A stretch of 64,000 nucleotides of DNA from an uncultured bacterium (GCA_963977015.1 CAXBMO010000001.1:320001-384000); one strand, 5' to 3'; shown: positions 19,939 through 29,815, counted from the first letter of the stretch. Made by a program: numbers and translations. Notes: a model not told the origin generated them from the sequence alone.

Positions 19939-20011
19939 ACCCGGTTGGGGCGAGAGATCTGGGGATCGGGTCTGTTGTTGATCTTGGTTCCACGGGGGCG
20001 AGCCCCTGTGG
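19927..20011. repeat. Right REP-like hairpin doublet (inverted orientation)
   Basis: caaccggggtgaacccggttg (19927-19947) and ccacgggggcgagcccctgtgg (19990-20011). Confidence 0.8.
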
Positions 20012-20258
20012 TGACCAGTTCGAAGACGGGACTAACAAAACCCCGCTTTGAATCGCGCTTTGGCATTTTCTCCGCGTGGGCGTGATCTCACCCACGTCCG
20101 GCAAATGAGCAAGTTTGGAGAATCTCGCCACCGAAAAGGAGTGCATGAAACGGATGGATGGGCGAAACGGGGCTTAAAGCTCCGAAACGCAAAGCCCGGG
20201 CGATCACGCCTGGGCAACGTCAGGCCGCTCTTGTTTTGGGGGCCGCAAGCGTGAATCG

Positions 20259-22106
20259 TCAATCCACATAGACAAACTGGCTGGAGTTGAACAGAACCAC
20301 GGCGAGATCGGCGAGGGCGAGCTTCCGGGCGTCCTTTTGGGATTGACGTGATGCCAGGCGTTCGGCAACGAAGGCTTCCGCTCCGGCGAGTTGATCCGCA
20401 GAAACCGGCTGCGCCCAAACCCGCTCCATCATGGAACGAACGGCATTCCCGGGATCCTCGGCCATGGCGCGAAGTGCGAGATAGCGCGCCTGCTTGTTGA
20501 CGAATTCGTCGTTGAGCAGGGCGAGGGCCTGGGTTGGCGTGGTGCTGGAGAAGCGGACCGCGCAACTGAGCGTGGCGTCGGGCGCGTCGAAGAGCGTGAG
20601 CATGGGCATCGGCAACTGGCGCTTGAGATAGACGTAGACGCTGCGGCGCCAGTGTTGCGGCGATTCCTGTTCGATTTTGGGCCAACCGTTCCGTTTGCTT
20701 TGATCGAGGATTTCAGGCGGAACGCGGGGCTTGATGCCCGGACCGCCCATTTTCAGATTCAAGTTTCCGCTCGCGGCGAGGATGCCATCTCGGATGACTT
20801 CAGCCTGGAGGCGATGCGGTGGGTAGCGCCACAATTTCCGGTTCTCCGGATCGGTCCGGGCGGCGGATTCTCGAAACACGGAGTCCTGCTGATAAGTTCG
20901 GGATAGGACAATCCGTTTGTGAAGCGGCTTGAGGCGGCCGCCGTTGTCGCGCAGTTCGCAGGCCAGCCAATCCAGCAGTTCCGGATGCGTCGGACGCGAG
21001 CCGCTCTCGCCGAGATTACTGGGCGTATCGACCAGGCCGTGTCCAAAGTGATATTGCCAAACCCGGTTTGCCATGACTCGCCAGGTCAGTGGGTTTTCGG
21101 GCGATGCAATCCAATCCGCGAGCGCCGTGCGGCTTCCTCCGGCAAACTCAGCCGCAAAATGGCTGAGCACTTCGGGCACGCCGGGTGCCACGATTTCCCC
21201 CGGGGTTTGGGGATTGCCGCGGAGGAGGACTCGCGTTACCTCCGGTTTTTCAGATCCATTCGTGAGTGCGCGAATGTGAGGCTCTTTCGACAGTTTGTTT
21301 TTTGCCCGGGGGCGGGGCGGGATCAGCGTCGGTGTGCTGAGCTGTTGATTCTTGAACGGCACGTAGGCGGGAACCGTGGGGGCAAAAACCGCAAGCATTT
21401 GGTAGTAGTCGGTCGCGGTGAAGGGCTCGGTTTTATGGTCGTGACATCGCGCGCATTGAATCGTCTGACCGAGAAAAACCTGGGACGTTGTCGCGAGGAT
21501 GTCGTCCAGTTGATCGAGCTTGTAGAGTTCCAGTTCGTTCGATGCGATGTTCTCCTCGTTGGAGGGACCATTTCGGCAAAAGCCGGTCGCGATCCAGGCC
21601 TCCGGGTTTGTCGGGGCGATCTCGTCGCCGGCCAGTTGCTCGCGAAGAAACTGCCCATACGGTTTGTCGGCGTTGAAGCTGGCGATGACATAATCGCGAT
21701 ACCGCCAGGCATGGGGCCGGTCGCTGTCCTCGTGCAGGCCGTTGGAATCCGCGTAGCGCGCGAGGTCCAGCCAATGCCGTCCCCAGCGTTCGCCATATTG
21801 CGGGCGCGAGAGCAAGTCATCGACGATCGCCTCAAACCGTTCCGGTGACGGGTCCTCGGCAAATTCCGTTGATTCCTCGGGAGTGGGAGGCAGCCCGGTC
21901 AAGTCGAGAAAGATCCGGCGAAGAAGTCGATGAGGTTGGGCTGGTGGCGAAGGTTCCAGGTTTGCCGCGCGCAATTCCTGCTCAATGAACTGATCCACGC
22001 TTTCGCCGTCAGGACGGTTCAAAGGCTCGAAAGCCCAGTGTCCTTCCTCGCCAAAACTGAAGGCGACTGAACCTAGGTACAGACAAAGAAAGTGGTGGGG
22101 TTTCAC
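20259..22106 (-). CDS. DUF1549/DUF1553 (PSD1) protein
   Basis: HWAFEP, LLRRIFLDLTGLPPT, YGERWGRHWLDLARYADS, CARCHDHK, PTHPELLDWLA, RRSVY, QALALLN. Start uncertain (GTG 22106 chosen). Confidence 0.92.
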   Translation of the reverse strand: MKPHHFLCLYLGSVAFSFGEEGHWAFEPLNRPDGESVDQFIEQELRAANLEPSPPAQPHRLLRRIFLDLTGLPPTPEESTEFAEDPSPERFEAIVDDLLSRPQYGERWGRHWLDLARYADSNGLHEDSDRPHAWRYRDYVIASFNADKPYGQFLREQLAGDEIAPTNPEAWIATGFCRNGPSNEENIASNELELYKLDQLDDILATTSQVFLGQTIQCARCHDHKTEPFTATDYYQMLAVFAPTVPAYVPFKNQQLSTPTLIPPRPRAKNKLSKEPHIRALTNGSEKPEVTRVLLRGNPQTPGEIVAPGVPEVLSHFAAEFAGGSRTALADWIASPENPLTWRVMANRVWQYHFGHGLVDTPSNLGESGSRPTHPELLDWLACELRDNGGRLKPLHKRIVLSRTYQQDSVFRESAARTDPENRKLWRYPPHRLQAEVIRDGILAASGNLNLKMGGPGIKPRVPPEILDQSKRNGWPKIEQESPQHWRRSVYVYLKRQLPMPMLTLFDAPDATLSCAVRFSSTTPTQALALLNDEFVNKQARYLALRAMAEDPGNAVRSMMERVWAQPVSADQLAGAEAFVAERLASRQSQKDARKLALADLAVVLFNSSQFVYVD

Positions 22107-22447
22107 AATCGGGAAAGGAGTCGCGGAACCCGACGGCAAGCAAGGATAAAATTGAATGACAGACCACGTCGCGCGAGCGCGCAACGATCGGAGATTGGCC
22201 CAAAACGCAGGCTGGTGCGGTGACCGGCGTTAGCTGGACAAGTAATTGAACTCGGTGAAAATCAGGGGATTGGTGGTGCCGGAGACGAAGCGGGATAAGG
22301 AAAAGTCGCAGAAATGACAAGCCTCTTCGAGAAAGCTGCCGCCAAATCGGGACGCTCAAAAATGTCAGCGGCAACAGAGGGCAAATTGATGCGATTTTGC
22401 TTCATTAGTAATTGTGGTTTTTATAAGATGAGGGACTGTTAAGGACA

Positions 22448-22846
22448 TTGAACCCGGGAAATTCCATTTCGAAGAAGGTGCGGAAGCGAGGCATGAGTCT
22501 CGTCGAGATGCTGATTGTGGTTTCGATCATTGGAATCATCAATGCGATCGTCATTGTTCCCTACACGAAGGTTACCAAGGAACGCACGGACCGGGCGCGG
22601 GATCGGGTGAATGCACAGCAGATTGTTTCCATGGCGCAATCCGCCAGCGCTGCGGGATTGACCGTTGTGGTTGAAGGTGATCTCGACTCGACTCTGGATT
22701 TGATTGTGACAGGGGGAACCTCTTCCGAAGGTGTTTTTGCCGGGACGACCTTTTCACTCGAAGGGATGGACGAAAGCTCCGTGGAGAGAGCCAAGAGCTA
22801 TATTGTCTTGGATGGAGGCGCGTTGGTCTACGATCCAAAGTATTGA
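22448..22846 (+). CDS. Type IV pilin/T2SS pseudopilin-like protein
   Basis: Class III signal KRG|MSLVEMLIVVSIIGII with conserved E5. Start codon uncertain. Confidence 0.85.
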   Translation: MNPGNSISKKVRKRGMSLVEMLIVVSIIGIINAIVIVPYTKVTKERTDRARDRVNAQQIVSMAQSASAAGLTVVVEGDLDSTLDLIVTGGTSSEGVFAGTTFSLEGMDESSVERAKSYIVLDGGALVYDPKY

Positions 22847-22967
22847 AACTTGGGGGCTCGTTTCCCCAAATGGAGAAGGAATCCGGCCACATTCCCATTT
22901 GCATTCATTCTCGGAAGTCCTAGTAGCTGGGCGACGTCGCAACCGCTTTTCCCTGCTCCTCTGCTGA

Positions 22968-24275
22968 ATGAACCGCAATATTCCGCTCTTTATCGCGTTT
23001 CGCCTGCTCTTCAACGCGCGATTCTACTATCCCATTTTTGCGGTGATCCAGCTCGATTACGGGCTGAGTATGGCACAGTTTGCGATTCTCAATGCCGTTT
23101 GGGCGGTGTCGATCGTCCTTCTTGAAGTTCCCTCGGGTGCCTTGGCGGATCGCCTGGGACGCAAGAAAATGGTGGTGGGGGCAGCTGGCCTCATGGTTCT
23201 GGAGATGGCGGTGATTGCGTTTGTCCCGCTCGGCAACAACATGATCGTATTCTGGGCGTGGGTGATTAACCGGATTCTCTCCGGAGCGGCTGAAGCTTCT
23301 GCGAGTGGCGCGGATGAGGCGCTGGCCTATGATTCGATTCCGAAGGAGGAGCAAACGAGGCTTTGGCCCAGGGTGTTGGCCCGCTTGATGACTCTCTCGT
23401 CGGTCGCGTTTGTGATCGCGATGCTGGTCGGTTCCGCCGTTTACGATGCGAACCTGGTGAACCGGGCTCTCGATTGGCTTGGGTTCGAATCGCAGCTGGA
23501 GAAGGAGGTCGTCATGCGATTTCCGGTTTACCTGACGTTGGTGACGGGAATCTGCGCCTTGTTCGTGAGTTTGGCGATGAAGGAGCCGGCTGCGGAGGAG
23601 GCGAATGAAGAAAAGAGCCACTCGATGTGGGGCGATATCTTGGCCGCCGGGAAATGGATTCTCGGGACGCCCATCGTGCTGCTACTGATCCTCACGGCCT
23701 TGGTCCACGACAGCGTGGCTCGCCTCTTTCTCGTTTCTGCTTCGGAATATTATCGATTGATCGAGATTCCGGTCGCGTGGTTTGGCGTGATTGGGGCCGG
23801 TTTTGCCGCGTTGGGGATGTTCACGCCGAAGATCGCGCAATGGCTGGCGGTCAATCGGCCCATCCATCGCAATTTTCTCACGGTTTCCCTGGCAACGATG
23901 CTCGGTTTGATCGGGGTTTCGCTTGCGGTCCCGTATTGGGGCGTCGCCATGGTCGCGTTTTTCGGGATCGGGTTTGGGCTCCTCAATTTCTTCATGTCGC
24001 ACTACCTCAACGCGGAGGTCGATTCCAAACGGCGAGCCACAGTGTTGAGTTTCAAGGGGCTGGCGCTGAATTTGGGATTCGGCGGCCTGAGCATGCTTTA
24101 CGGTGGGATTCTGCGATTTTTGCGTTCGAAGGAAGGTGCGGGAGCCGAAGCCGACACGGCGTTTCGCGAGAGCCTGTTCTGGCTGCCCGGGATTTTTCTG
24201 GTGCTGTTTGTCGCGCTGGCCCTGGTTGTCTGGAGCAAACGTGGCCAGATAAACGTTGCGACCGGGACGCCCTGA
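22968..24275 (+). CDS. MFS transporter
   Basis: EVPSGALADRLGRK motif A, SGADEALAYDS, RATVLS; about 12 TM segments. Confidence 0.92.
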   Translation: MNRNIPLFIAFRLLFNARFYYPIFAVIQLDYGLSMAQFAILNAVWAVSIVLLEVPSGALADRLGRKKMVVGAAGLMVLEMAVIAFVPLGNNMIVFWAWVINRILSGAAEASASGADEALAYDSIPKEEQTRLWPRVLARLMTLSSVAFVIAMLVGSAVYDANLVNRALDWLGFESQLEKEVVMRFPVYLTLVTGICALFVSLAMKEPAAEEANEEKSHSMWGDILAAGKWILGTPIVLLLILTALVHDSVARLFLVSASEYYRLIEIPVAWFGVIGAGFAALGMFTPKIAQWLAVNRPIHRNFLTVSLATMLGLIGVSLAVPYWGVAMVAFFGIGFGLLNFFMSHYLNAEVDSKRRATVLSFKGLALNLGFGGLSMLYGGILRFLRSKEGAGAEADTAFRESLFWLPGIFLVLFVALALVVWSKRGQINVATGTP

Positions 24276-25652
24276 CTAAAACTCCGCGTGCCGCGGCGTC
24301 CGTGGAAACGGAATGACGTCGCGAATGTTTTCAACGCCGGTCACGAACATGAGCATCCGCTCGAATCCGAGGCCGAAACCGGCATGGGGAACGGTTCCAT
24401 AGCGCCGGAGATCCAGATACCACCAGTAATCGTCCGGATTTAAGCCGTGATCCTTCATGTTTTGCTCCAGCACATCGTGCCGTTCTTCCCGCTGACTACC
24501 GCCGATGATTTCACCGATGTGAGGAACGAGCAGGTCCATCGCGGTTACAGTTTCGCGGTCACCCCCTTCGTCATTGCTGCGCATGTAGAAAGGTTTGATG
24601 GCTTTCGGGTAGTTGAAGAGCGTCACCGGGCTCTTGAAATGTTCTTCGCTCAAAAAGTGTTCGTGTTCACTTTGCAAATTGATGCCCCATTCCACCGGGA
24701 ACTCGAATTTCTGTCCCGATTTGATGAGGATGTCGACCGCGTCGGTATAGCTCAGGCGCTCGAACGTTTTTTCCTGGAGTTGTTGCAGGCGGGGAAGCAG
24801 GCCTTTGTCGACAAAGTTCCCGAAAAACTCGAGGTCTTCCCCGCAGTTCTCGAGAATGTCGTTCACGAGGAATTTGATCATTTCCTCGGCCAAATCCATA
24901 TCGCCTTCGAGGTCGCAAAACGCCATTTCCGGCTCGATCATCCAGAATTCAGCGGCGTGGCGGCTCGTGTTGGAGTTTTCCGCGCGAAAGGTCGGGCCAA
25001 AGGTGTAGATGTTGCTGAGCGCGCAGGCATAGGTTTCCCCCTCAAGCTGGCCGCTCACCGTCAGGTAGGTCGGCTTGCCGAAGAAATCGAGTTCCCCCGC
25101 GTTTTTGGCGGCCATTCCCTTGGCATCGAGCGTGGTGACGCGGAACATTTCGCCCGCGCCTTCGCAATCGCTCGAGGTGATGATGGGGGTGTGAACGTAG
25201 ACGAAATGGCGTTCCTGAAAGAATTGATGGACCGCATAGGCGAGGCGGCTTCGAACGCGGAAGACCGCACCGAGGAGGTTCGTTCGCGGACGCAAATGGG
25301 CGATCTCGCGAAGGAACTCGCGGGAATGGCGCTTTTTCTGGAGCGGGTAGGTTTCGTCTGCGTTTCCGAGAATCTCGACCCGGGACGCCTGGATTTCCCA
25401 CGTTTGGCCTTTGCCCTGACTCTTCACCATTTTCCCTTCGATCGAGACCGACGCGCCGGTCTGAACATGAGCAATCTCGGACTCGTAGTTCGGCAGATCG
25501 GCATCGGCAATGATTTGCAGACCGGTGAGGCATGAACCGTCGTTGATCTCCAAAAACGAGAACGTTTTCGAATCACGGCGAGTGCGAACCCAGCCGTGAA
25601 TCGTGACCGATTCTTCCGGTTTTTCGGCGGCGAGAAGTGCTTTGATTCTCAT
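24276..25652 (-). CDS. asnS: Asparagine--tRNA ligase
   Basis: [49 protein letters not shown]. Confidence 0.97.
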   Translation of the reverse strand: MRIKALLAAEKPEESVTIHGWVRTRRDSKTFSFLEINDGSCLTGLQIIADADLPNYESEIAHVQTGASVSIEGKMVKSQGKGQTWEIQASRVEILGNADETYPLQKKRHSREFLREIAHLRPRTNLLGAVFRVRSRLAYAVHQFFQERHFVYVHTPIITSSDCEGAGEMFRVTTLDAKGMAAKNAGELDFFGKPTYLTVSGQLEGETYACALSNIYTFGPTFRAENSNTSRHAAEFWMIEPEMAFCDLEGDMDLAEEMIKFLVNDILENCGEDLEFFGNFVDKGLLPRLQQLQEKTFERLSYTDAVDILIKSGQKFEFPVEWGINLQSEHEHFLSEEHFKSPVTLFNYPKAIKPFYMRSNDEGGDRETVTAMDLLVPHIGEIIGGSQREERHDVLEQNMKDHGLNPDDYWWYLDLRRYGTVPHAGFGLGFERMLMFVTGVENIRDVIPFPRTPRHAEF

Positions 25653-25814
25653 GATGCTAGGTTGGATCAGGTTTGGTCCTGACACAATGCCCAAAATATC
25701 CGGCGATGTGTTAGAATTGGTGGTCGAAACTTAGGAAAGGCAAGATTTCGAAAAATTCGAAGCAGATGGCATTGCACCTTTGCAGCATCCAGATATTCTG
25801 CAGGTTCAAATCTC

Positions 25815-28529
25815 ATGCCTCAACTCGTGTTCCGATACGACGATGGCGGGGAAGACGTGTTCGCCCTGAATGCTGATCAAATCGGCATTGGACGCGATCC
25901 GGACAACCCCATCGTCATCAACAACGATTTCGTCTCAACCCACCATGCCCGGTTGAAACGGGAGGAAGATGGTGCCTACAGCCTGTTCGACCTGGGGTCG
26001 AACAATGGAACCTTCGTAAACGACCGCGCCATCAGCAGCGTGAAGCTGAACGATGGGGACGTGATTCGTTTTGGGGCGTGTGAGGTTTCCTATGTCGAAG
26101 ACGACTCAGAGCAAGAGGCGGTTCAGGAAAAGCTGAAAACCACGCAGCGGATTACACTGGAGGCTTTGGCCCAGCAAAGTGCAGGGTATTGGAGCGCCAC
26201 GGTTGAGAACAAACGCAAGGAACTCGATTCCCTGGAACGGCGGATTCTTGAATTGGAGCAGGAGCGGGACGAGGCGCGAGCTGAGGCCACGCGCAATCAG
26301 GGCGAGGATTCAGCTCGCAAAGGCAAGGAACTCAGTGCGGAGATCTCCCGGTTGGAGGAAAAGCGGGAGGAGGTTCAGGACACGTTGCTGAAGAAAAGCG
26401 AGCGACTCGAAGAATTGGTCGAAACGGAGATTCCGTCCGCGAAAGAAGAGTTGGAGGGCGTGCGTCGCGATATTGTCGCCGCGGCGAGCGAACTTCGGGA
26501 TCTGCAAACCCGGATCAACGAAGCGAAGGCGCAGATCGAGAATGTCGCCCAGTTGGAAGATCAGACCCGGAAGCTGCAGAGCAAAGTCGATAGCCTCTAT
26601 CGCGAACATGACGCGAAGAAAGTCGCGCTGGGCTCAACCTCCGACGATTTGGTGCGCAACGAAACCAAGTTGGAGGAGATGCGACGCGAACTGGAGGAGA
26701 TCAAGGTCGCGGAAAAGGCATCAGTCGATCTTCGCGAAGAGGCGGACAGAGATCACCGGCAATTGGTGGAGCAGAATACGGAATTGCGAGCCGCCATTAA
26801 GGACAACGAGGCGCAGTTGGCGCAGTTGGCGGAGCAAGCCAGAATCGCGCAGGAGAAACAGAATGAGCTCGAGGCGAAAAACGATCAGATCACGGGACAG
26901 ATTTCGCGTGCGGAAGACAAGCTTTTAGCGGTCGAAGCCAAACTGGAAGGGAGCTTCGAAGGTTGGGATGAGTTTGAGAAGAGCCAGCTTCATCAAATCG
27001 TTGAGCGCAAGAATCAGATTTCAGAAGAGTGTACCACGACGGAGAAGAAACTCGTCAGCGCGAAGAACGAGTTGGACGACGTGAGAAGCAGGATCCGCAT
27101 GGAGGCTGAGGAAGCGGAGGAGGCGCTCGAAGATTTGCGGATCAACCATTACGAGCCAACTCAGGAACTTCACGAAGAGTTGACCTTGCGCAACGAGGAC
27201 CTCGCAAATGAGATTGCTCATCGCGAACGGCATCTGGATGAGCTGCGCTATTCCATTCAGGAGAGCGAGGAAACCGAGCGCATCGTGACGCACACTCTGA
27301 CTTCAAAAGGAGAAGCGTTGGCCCGATTGGAGCAGCGAGTTGGTGAGGAAGTCGAGAAGATCGAAAAAGCGGTCTCAAGTCGGCATCGGCCGGTTGATAC
27401 CAACAATCCGCCGCGGAAACTGGAATTATCCCGCCGGGTTCTCGGGATCGGACCGCCATCTGTCAATGGCACTGACGTGAACGGCCATCACCGGGTTCAT
27501 TTGACCGTTTTTGATCCCCATAGCCCCGTGGCGCCGATCGACTTTTCGGAAACTGGCTTCACCAGTATCGACCAAACCCCGCTTCCCGTCGGATTCGAGG
27601 GATTGGCGGCGGCCACAGGAGGGGCATTGATGACTTCACTCGCCCAAACTGTGCAGTTGGGAAGACCGGTCCTTTTCGTTCCGGGCGAAAGCCTGGAGAT
27701 GAATACTTCCACCATGAAAAAACTCCGTTCAGCGATGCCGCATCAGGTGATTCTGCTGGGGTGGAAGCCGGAGACGTTCAGCAGCATGACGAAAACGCTG
27801 GATGAGGACGCGCATTTCCAGGACCTCACCGCATTGATGTCTCTTTCCGATGGGAGCCTGACGACCGATTCCTATATGAGCGTCTTTTTTGAATCGTTGA
27901 TTCAGGGGAATCGGTTTCTGCATTTGCCTCCGGCACTTCCTTGGAATCCGCGTTCCCAATTGCGTTTTGAGGAGCGGATGGGAATCTACATCGACGCTGC
28001 GGAGTTTCGTCCCGAGAACTTGGAGCACCAGGCGCTTGTCACGGAATTAAAGGAGATCGTGCAGGCTTCCCGGCAAATGCTCACCGTTCAGGAATTGCCG
28101 GAGCACTCCATGAAAACCCTGATGGATTTGCTCGAATTGGGAAGTGACTGGATCACGGTCGTTCCTGAGCCAACCTACAAGGATCGTCTTTCAATTCTCG
28201 GGCAGCACCTCGCGATCGTTACCTTTGAAGTGCTCGACTTTCATTCGACCACGCTCCGTGACGCATTGCTGGCGCAAACCCTCCTGATTGCCCGGGAGAC
28301 AACTGCGCTCCAGACCTTCTTCCCGGAGATTGTTTCTGGAGGTGCGAGTGACCATGCCCTGCCGGCGCCCAGCCAGATTGTGCCGCTGTTTGAGCAGGCC
28401 GACAAATTCAACTTGGTCATGAATCAGGCGGAGCGAAAGCTACTCGACGAGTATTCCTATCAGGCAGCAGCGCGGAAGTTGGACCAATTTGTGGCTGACT
28501 TGGAACGCCAGACCGCCAAGAGCATTTAA
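25815..28529 (+). CDS. FHA domain + long coiled-coil protein with uncharacterised C-terminal alpha/beta domain
   Basis: FHA motifs IGR, VSTHHA, DLGSNNGTFVN; about 400 aa E/K/L-rich heptads; then a globular domain. Confidence 0.85.
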   Translation: MPQLVFRYDDGGEDVFALNADQIGIGRDPDNPIVINNDFVSTHHARLKREEDGAYSLFDLGSNNGTFVNDRAISSVKLNDGDVIRFGACEVSYVEDDSEQEAVQEKLKTTQRITLEALAQQSAGYWSATVENKRKELDSLERRILELEQERDEARAEATRNQGEDSARKGKELSAEISRLEEKREEVQDTLLKKSERLEELVETEIPSAKEELEGVRRDIVAAASELRDLQTRINEAKAQIENVAQLEDQTRKLQSKVDSLYREHDAKKVALGSTSDDLVRNETKLEEMRRELEEIKVAEKASVDLREEADRDHRQLVEQNTELRAAIKDNEAQLAQLAEQARIAQEKQNELEAKNDQITGQISRAEDKLLAVEAKLEGSFEGWDEFEKSQLHQIVERKNQISEECTTTEKKLVSAKNELDDVRSRIRMEAEEAEEALEDLRINHYEPTQELHEELTLRNEDLANEIAHRERHLDELRYSIQESEETERIVTHTLTSKGEALARLEQRVGEEVEKIEKAVSSRHRPVDTNNPPRKLELSRRVLGIGPPSVNGTDVNGHHRVHLTVFDPHSPVAPIDFSETGFTSIDQTPLPVGFEGLAAATGGALMTSLAQTVQLGRPVLFVPGESLEMNTSTMKKLRSAMPHQVILLGWKPETFSSMTKTLDEDAHFQDLTALMSLSDGSLTTDSYMSVFFESLIQGNRFLHLPPALPWNPRSQLRFEERMGIYIDAAEFRPENLEHQALVTELKEIVQASRQMLTVQELPEHSMKTLMDLLELGSDWITVVPEPTYKDRLSILGQHLAIVTFEVLDFHSTTLRDALLAQTLLIARETTALQTFFPEIVSGGASDHALPAPSQIVPLFEQADKFNLVMNQAERKLLDEYSYQAAARKLDQFVADLERQTAKSI

Positions 28530-28628
28530 AGGGGAGGGGAGCCAGGGAACTCTTCCTCCGGCGGAGCCGCGCTCGTCCTGATCCCCGGTCAAGTTCATTG
28601 GCTACGGGTTTTCTTGAACTGCTCGAGA

Positions 28629-29150
28629 CTAGTCGAGCCCCAGTTTTCGAAGCTTGGGGGGAATGAGGGCGTTGCAGTATGGCTGATTGGGGTTCAACCG
28701 GAAAAAATCCTGGTGATATTCCTCTGCTGGCCAAAACTGCGAAGCTGGAGAGATTTCCGTCACAATAGGATTCTCAAATTGACCTGAGGCAGCTTCTTTC
28801 GCCTTCTGGGCAACATCGCGCTGGGATTCAGAATGGTAAAAGATCGCCGACCGGTATTGGGAGCCGACGTCGTTCCCCTGGCGATTGAGAGTCGTTGGAT
28901 CATGTAGCTGCCAAAACCACTCGAGGAGCTTCGCAAAAGAGATGGTCGCGGGATCAAAGGTAACTTGCACGACTTCTGCGTGACCCGTTTGGCCGGTGCA
29001 GACAGCCTTGTAGGTTGGATTGGTGATGGCGCCACCCATGTAGCCACTGGTGACGTCGGAAACGCCTTCGAGTCGCTCAAAGATGGCTTCAACACACCAA
29101 AAGCAACCGGCGCCCAAGGTCGCGATCTCAGTAGGAGAATCTTCGTTCAT
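28629..29150 (-). CDS. msrA: Peptide-methionine (S)-S-oxide reductase
   Basis: GAGCFWCVE, TGHAEVV, RQGNDVGSQYRS, AEEYHQ. Confidence 0.97.
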   Translation of the reverse strand: MNEDSPTEIATLGAGCFWCVEAIFERLEGVSDVTSGYMGGAITNPTYKAVCTGQTGHAEVVQVTFDPATISFAKLLEWFWQLHDPTTLNRQGNDVGSQYRSAIFYHSESQRDVAQKAKEAASGQFENPIVTEISPASQFWPAEEYHQDFFRLNPNQPYCNALIPPKLRKLGLD

Positions 29151-29291
29151 TCATCCAAGGAAGCCTTGGAATGAAAGTGTTCGCAACCATTTGAGCTGAT
29201 AAAATGTCTTATCTACTTGATTTTTTATAAATACTATTTAAACCGTTCTGAGTAGTTGATTTTAGCTGTTTGAAAAATAACAGAAAGTTAA

Positions 29292-29322
29292 TTGACTTAA
29301 ATAGGATAAGAATGCCATTCTT
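29292..29322 (+). promoter_or_regulatory. Putative sigma70 promoter with overlapping palindromic operator
   Basis: TTGACT (29292-29297), 18 nt, CATTCT; perfect palindrome AAGAATG-C-CATTCTT (29308-29322) in an AT-rich tract. Confidence 0.5.
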
Positions 29323-29349
29323 TTCAAGACATAACGACCCAATAGCCAG

Positions 29350-29559
29350 ATGGCCCGCGCGAAAAATCTGGTCGAGGCAGTGCAGATCACAGTTTCGACC
29401 ACTCCACAGATCCGTGATTTCCTTGAGGAACTCACCGGAACTGGCCTTTACGGAAAAAATGTCGCCGAGACGGCGAACATTTTACTTGGAGAAAGGATTC
29501 GCGATTTGAGGAAATCTGGTGAACTAGGTCGTGACCCTAACACTGAAACAAATACCTAG
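29350..29559 (+). CDS. Ribbon-helix-helix (CopG/ParD-like) DNA-binding protein
   Basis: Alternating strand QITVST, helix, GLYG-N-AE turn and second helix, typical of the RHH fold. Confidence 0.7.
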   Translation: MARAKNLVEAVQITVSTTPQIRDFLEELTGTGLYGKNVAETANILLGERIRDLRKSGELGRDPNTETNT

Positions 29560-29617
29560 GAGCGTGTGCGCAGATTTAACTATCTAAAGAAGAACCACTT
29601 ACGCCACACACACACCA

Positions 29618-29815
29618 ATGAACCTCAACGATTCCAACCCAGAAGCCCAGGACCTCATCAATGCGGTCGACCGTGAACTCACGGAACCGATTGCCAGTGA
29701 AGAGGAACTTCGTGACTTGGCCGAGGATATTGTCCGTTATTGCCCTAGCTTGACTCACCTCTTGCTGGCATTGGGCTCAAAGAACAAGGCCAATCCGTTA
29801 CACGGGATGAACTAA
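29618..29815 (+). CDS. Small acidic hypothetical protein
   Basis: 65 aa ATG ORF, helical, co-oriented with the RHH gene. Confidence 0.55.
   Translation: MNLNDSNPEAQDLINAVDRELTEPIASEEELRDLAEDIVRYCPSLTHLLLALGSKNKANPLHGMN

Larger units (their letters stand above)
19021..20011 (+). mobile_element. IS200/IS605-related (RAYT/REP-like) element bounded by 44-bp imperfect inverted repeats
   Basis: 19021-19064 matches the reverse complement of 19968-20011 at 38/44 positions; four related hairpins; encloses a Y1 transposase gene. Confidence 0.8.

Noticed and set aside
19021-20011. Hairpin repeats as a CRISPR array or TnpB/omega-RNA system
   Set aside because: Repeats are inverted and few, with no regular spacers; no cas, tnpB or iscB gene is present.
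19919-20254. Short ORFs to the right of the Y1 element
   Set aside because: No motif recognised and they overlap the repeats; may be pseudogene debris but unsupported.
25815-27400. SMC-like or defence ATPase reading of the coiled-coil protein
   Set aside because: No Walker A/B or signature motifs; the N-terminus is FHA.
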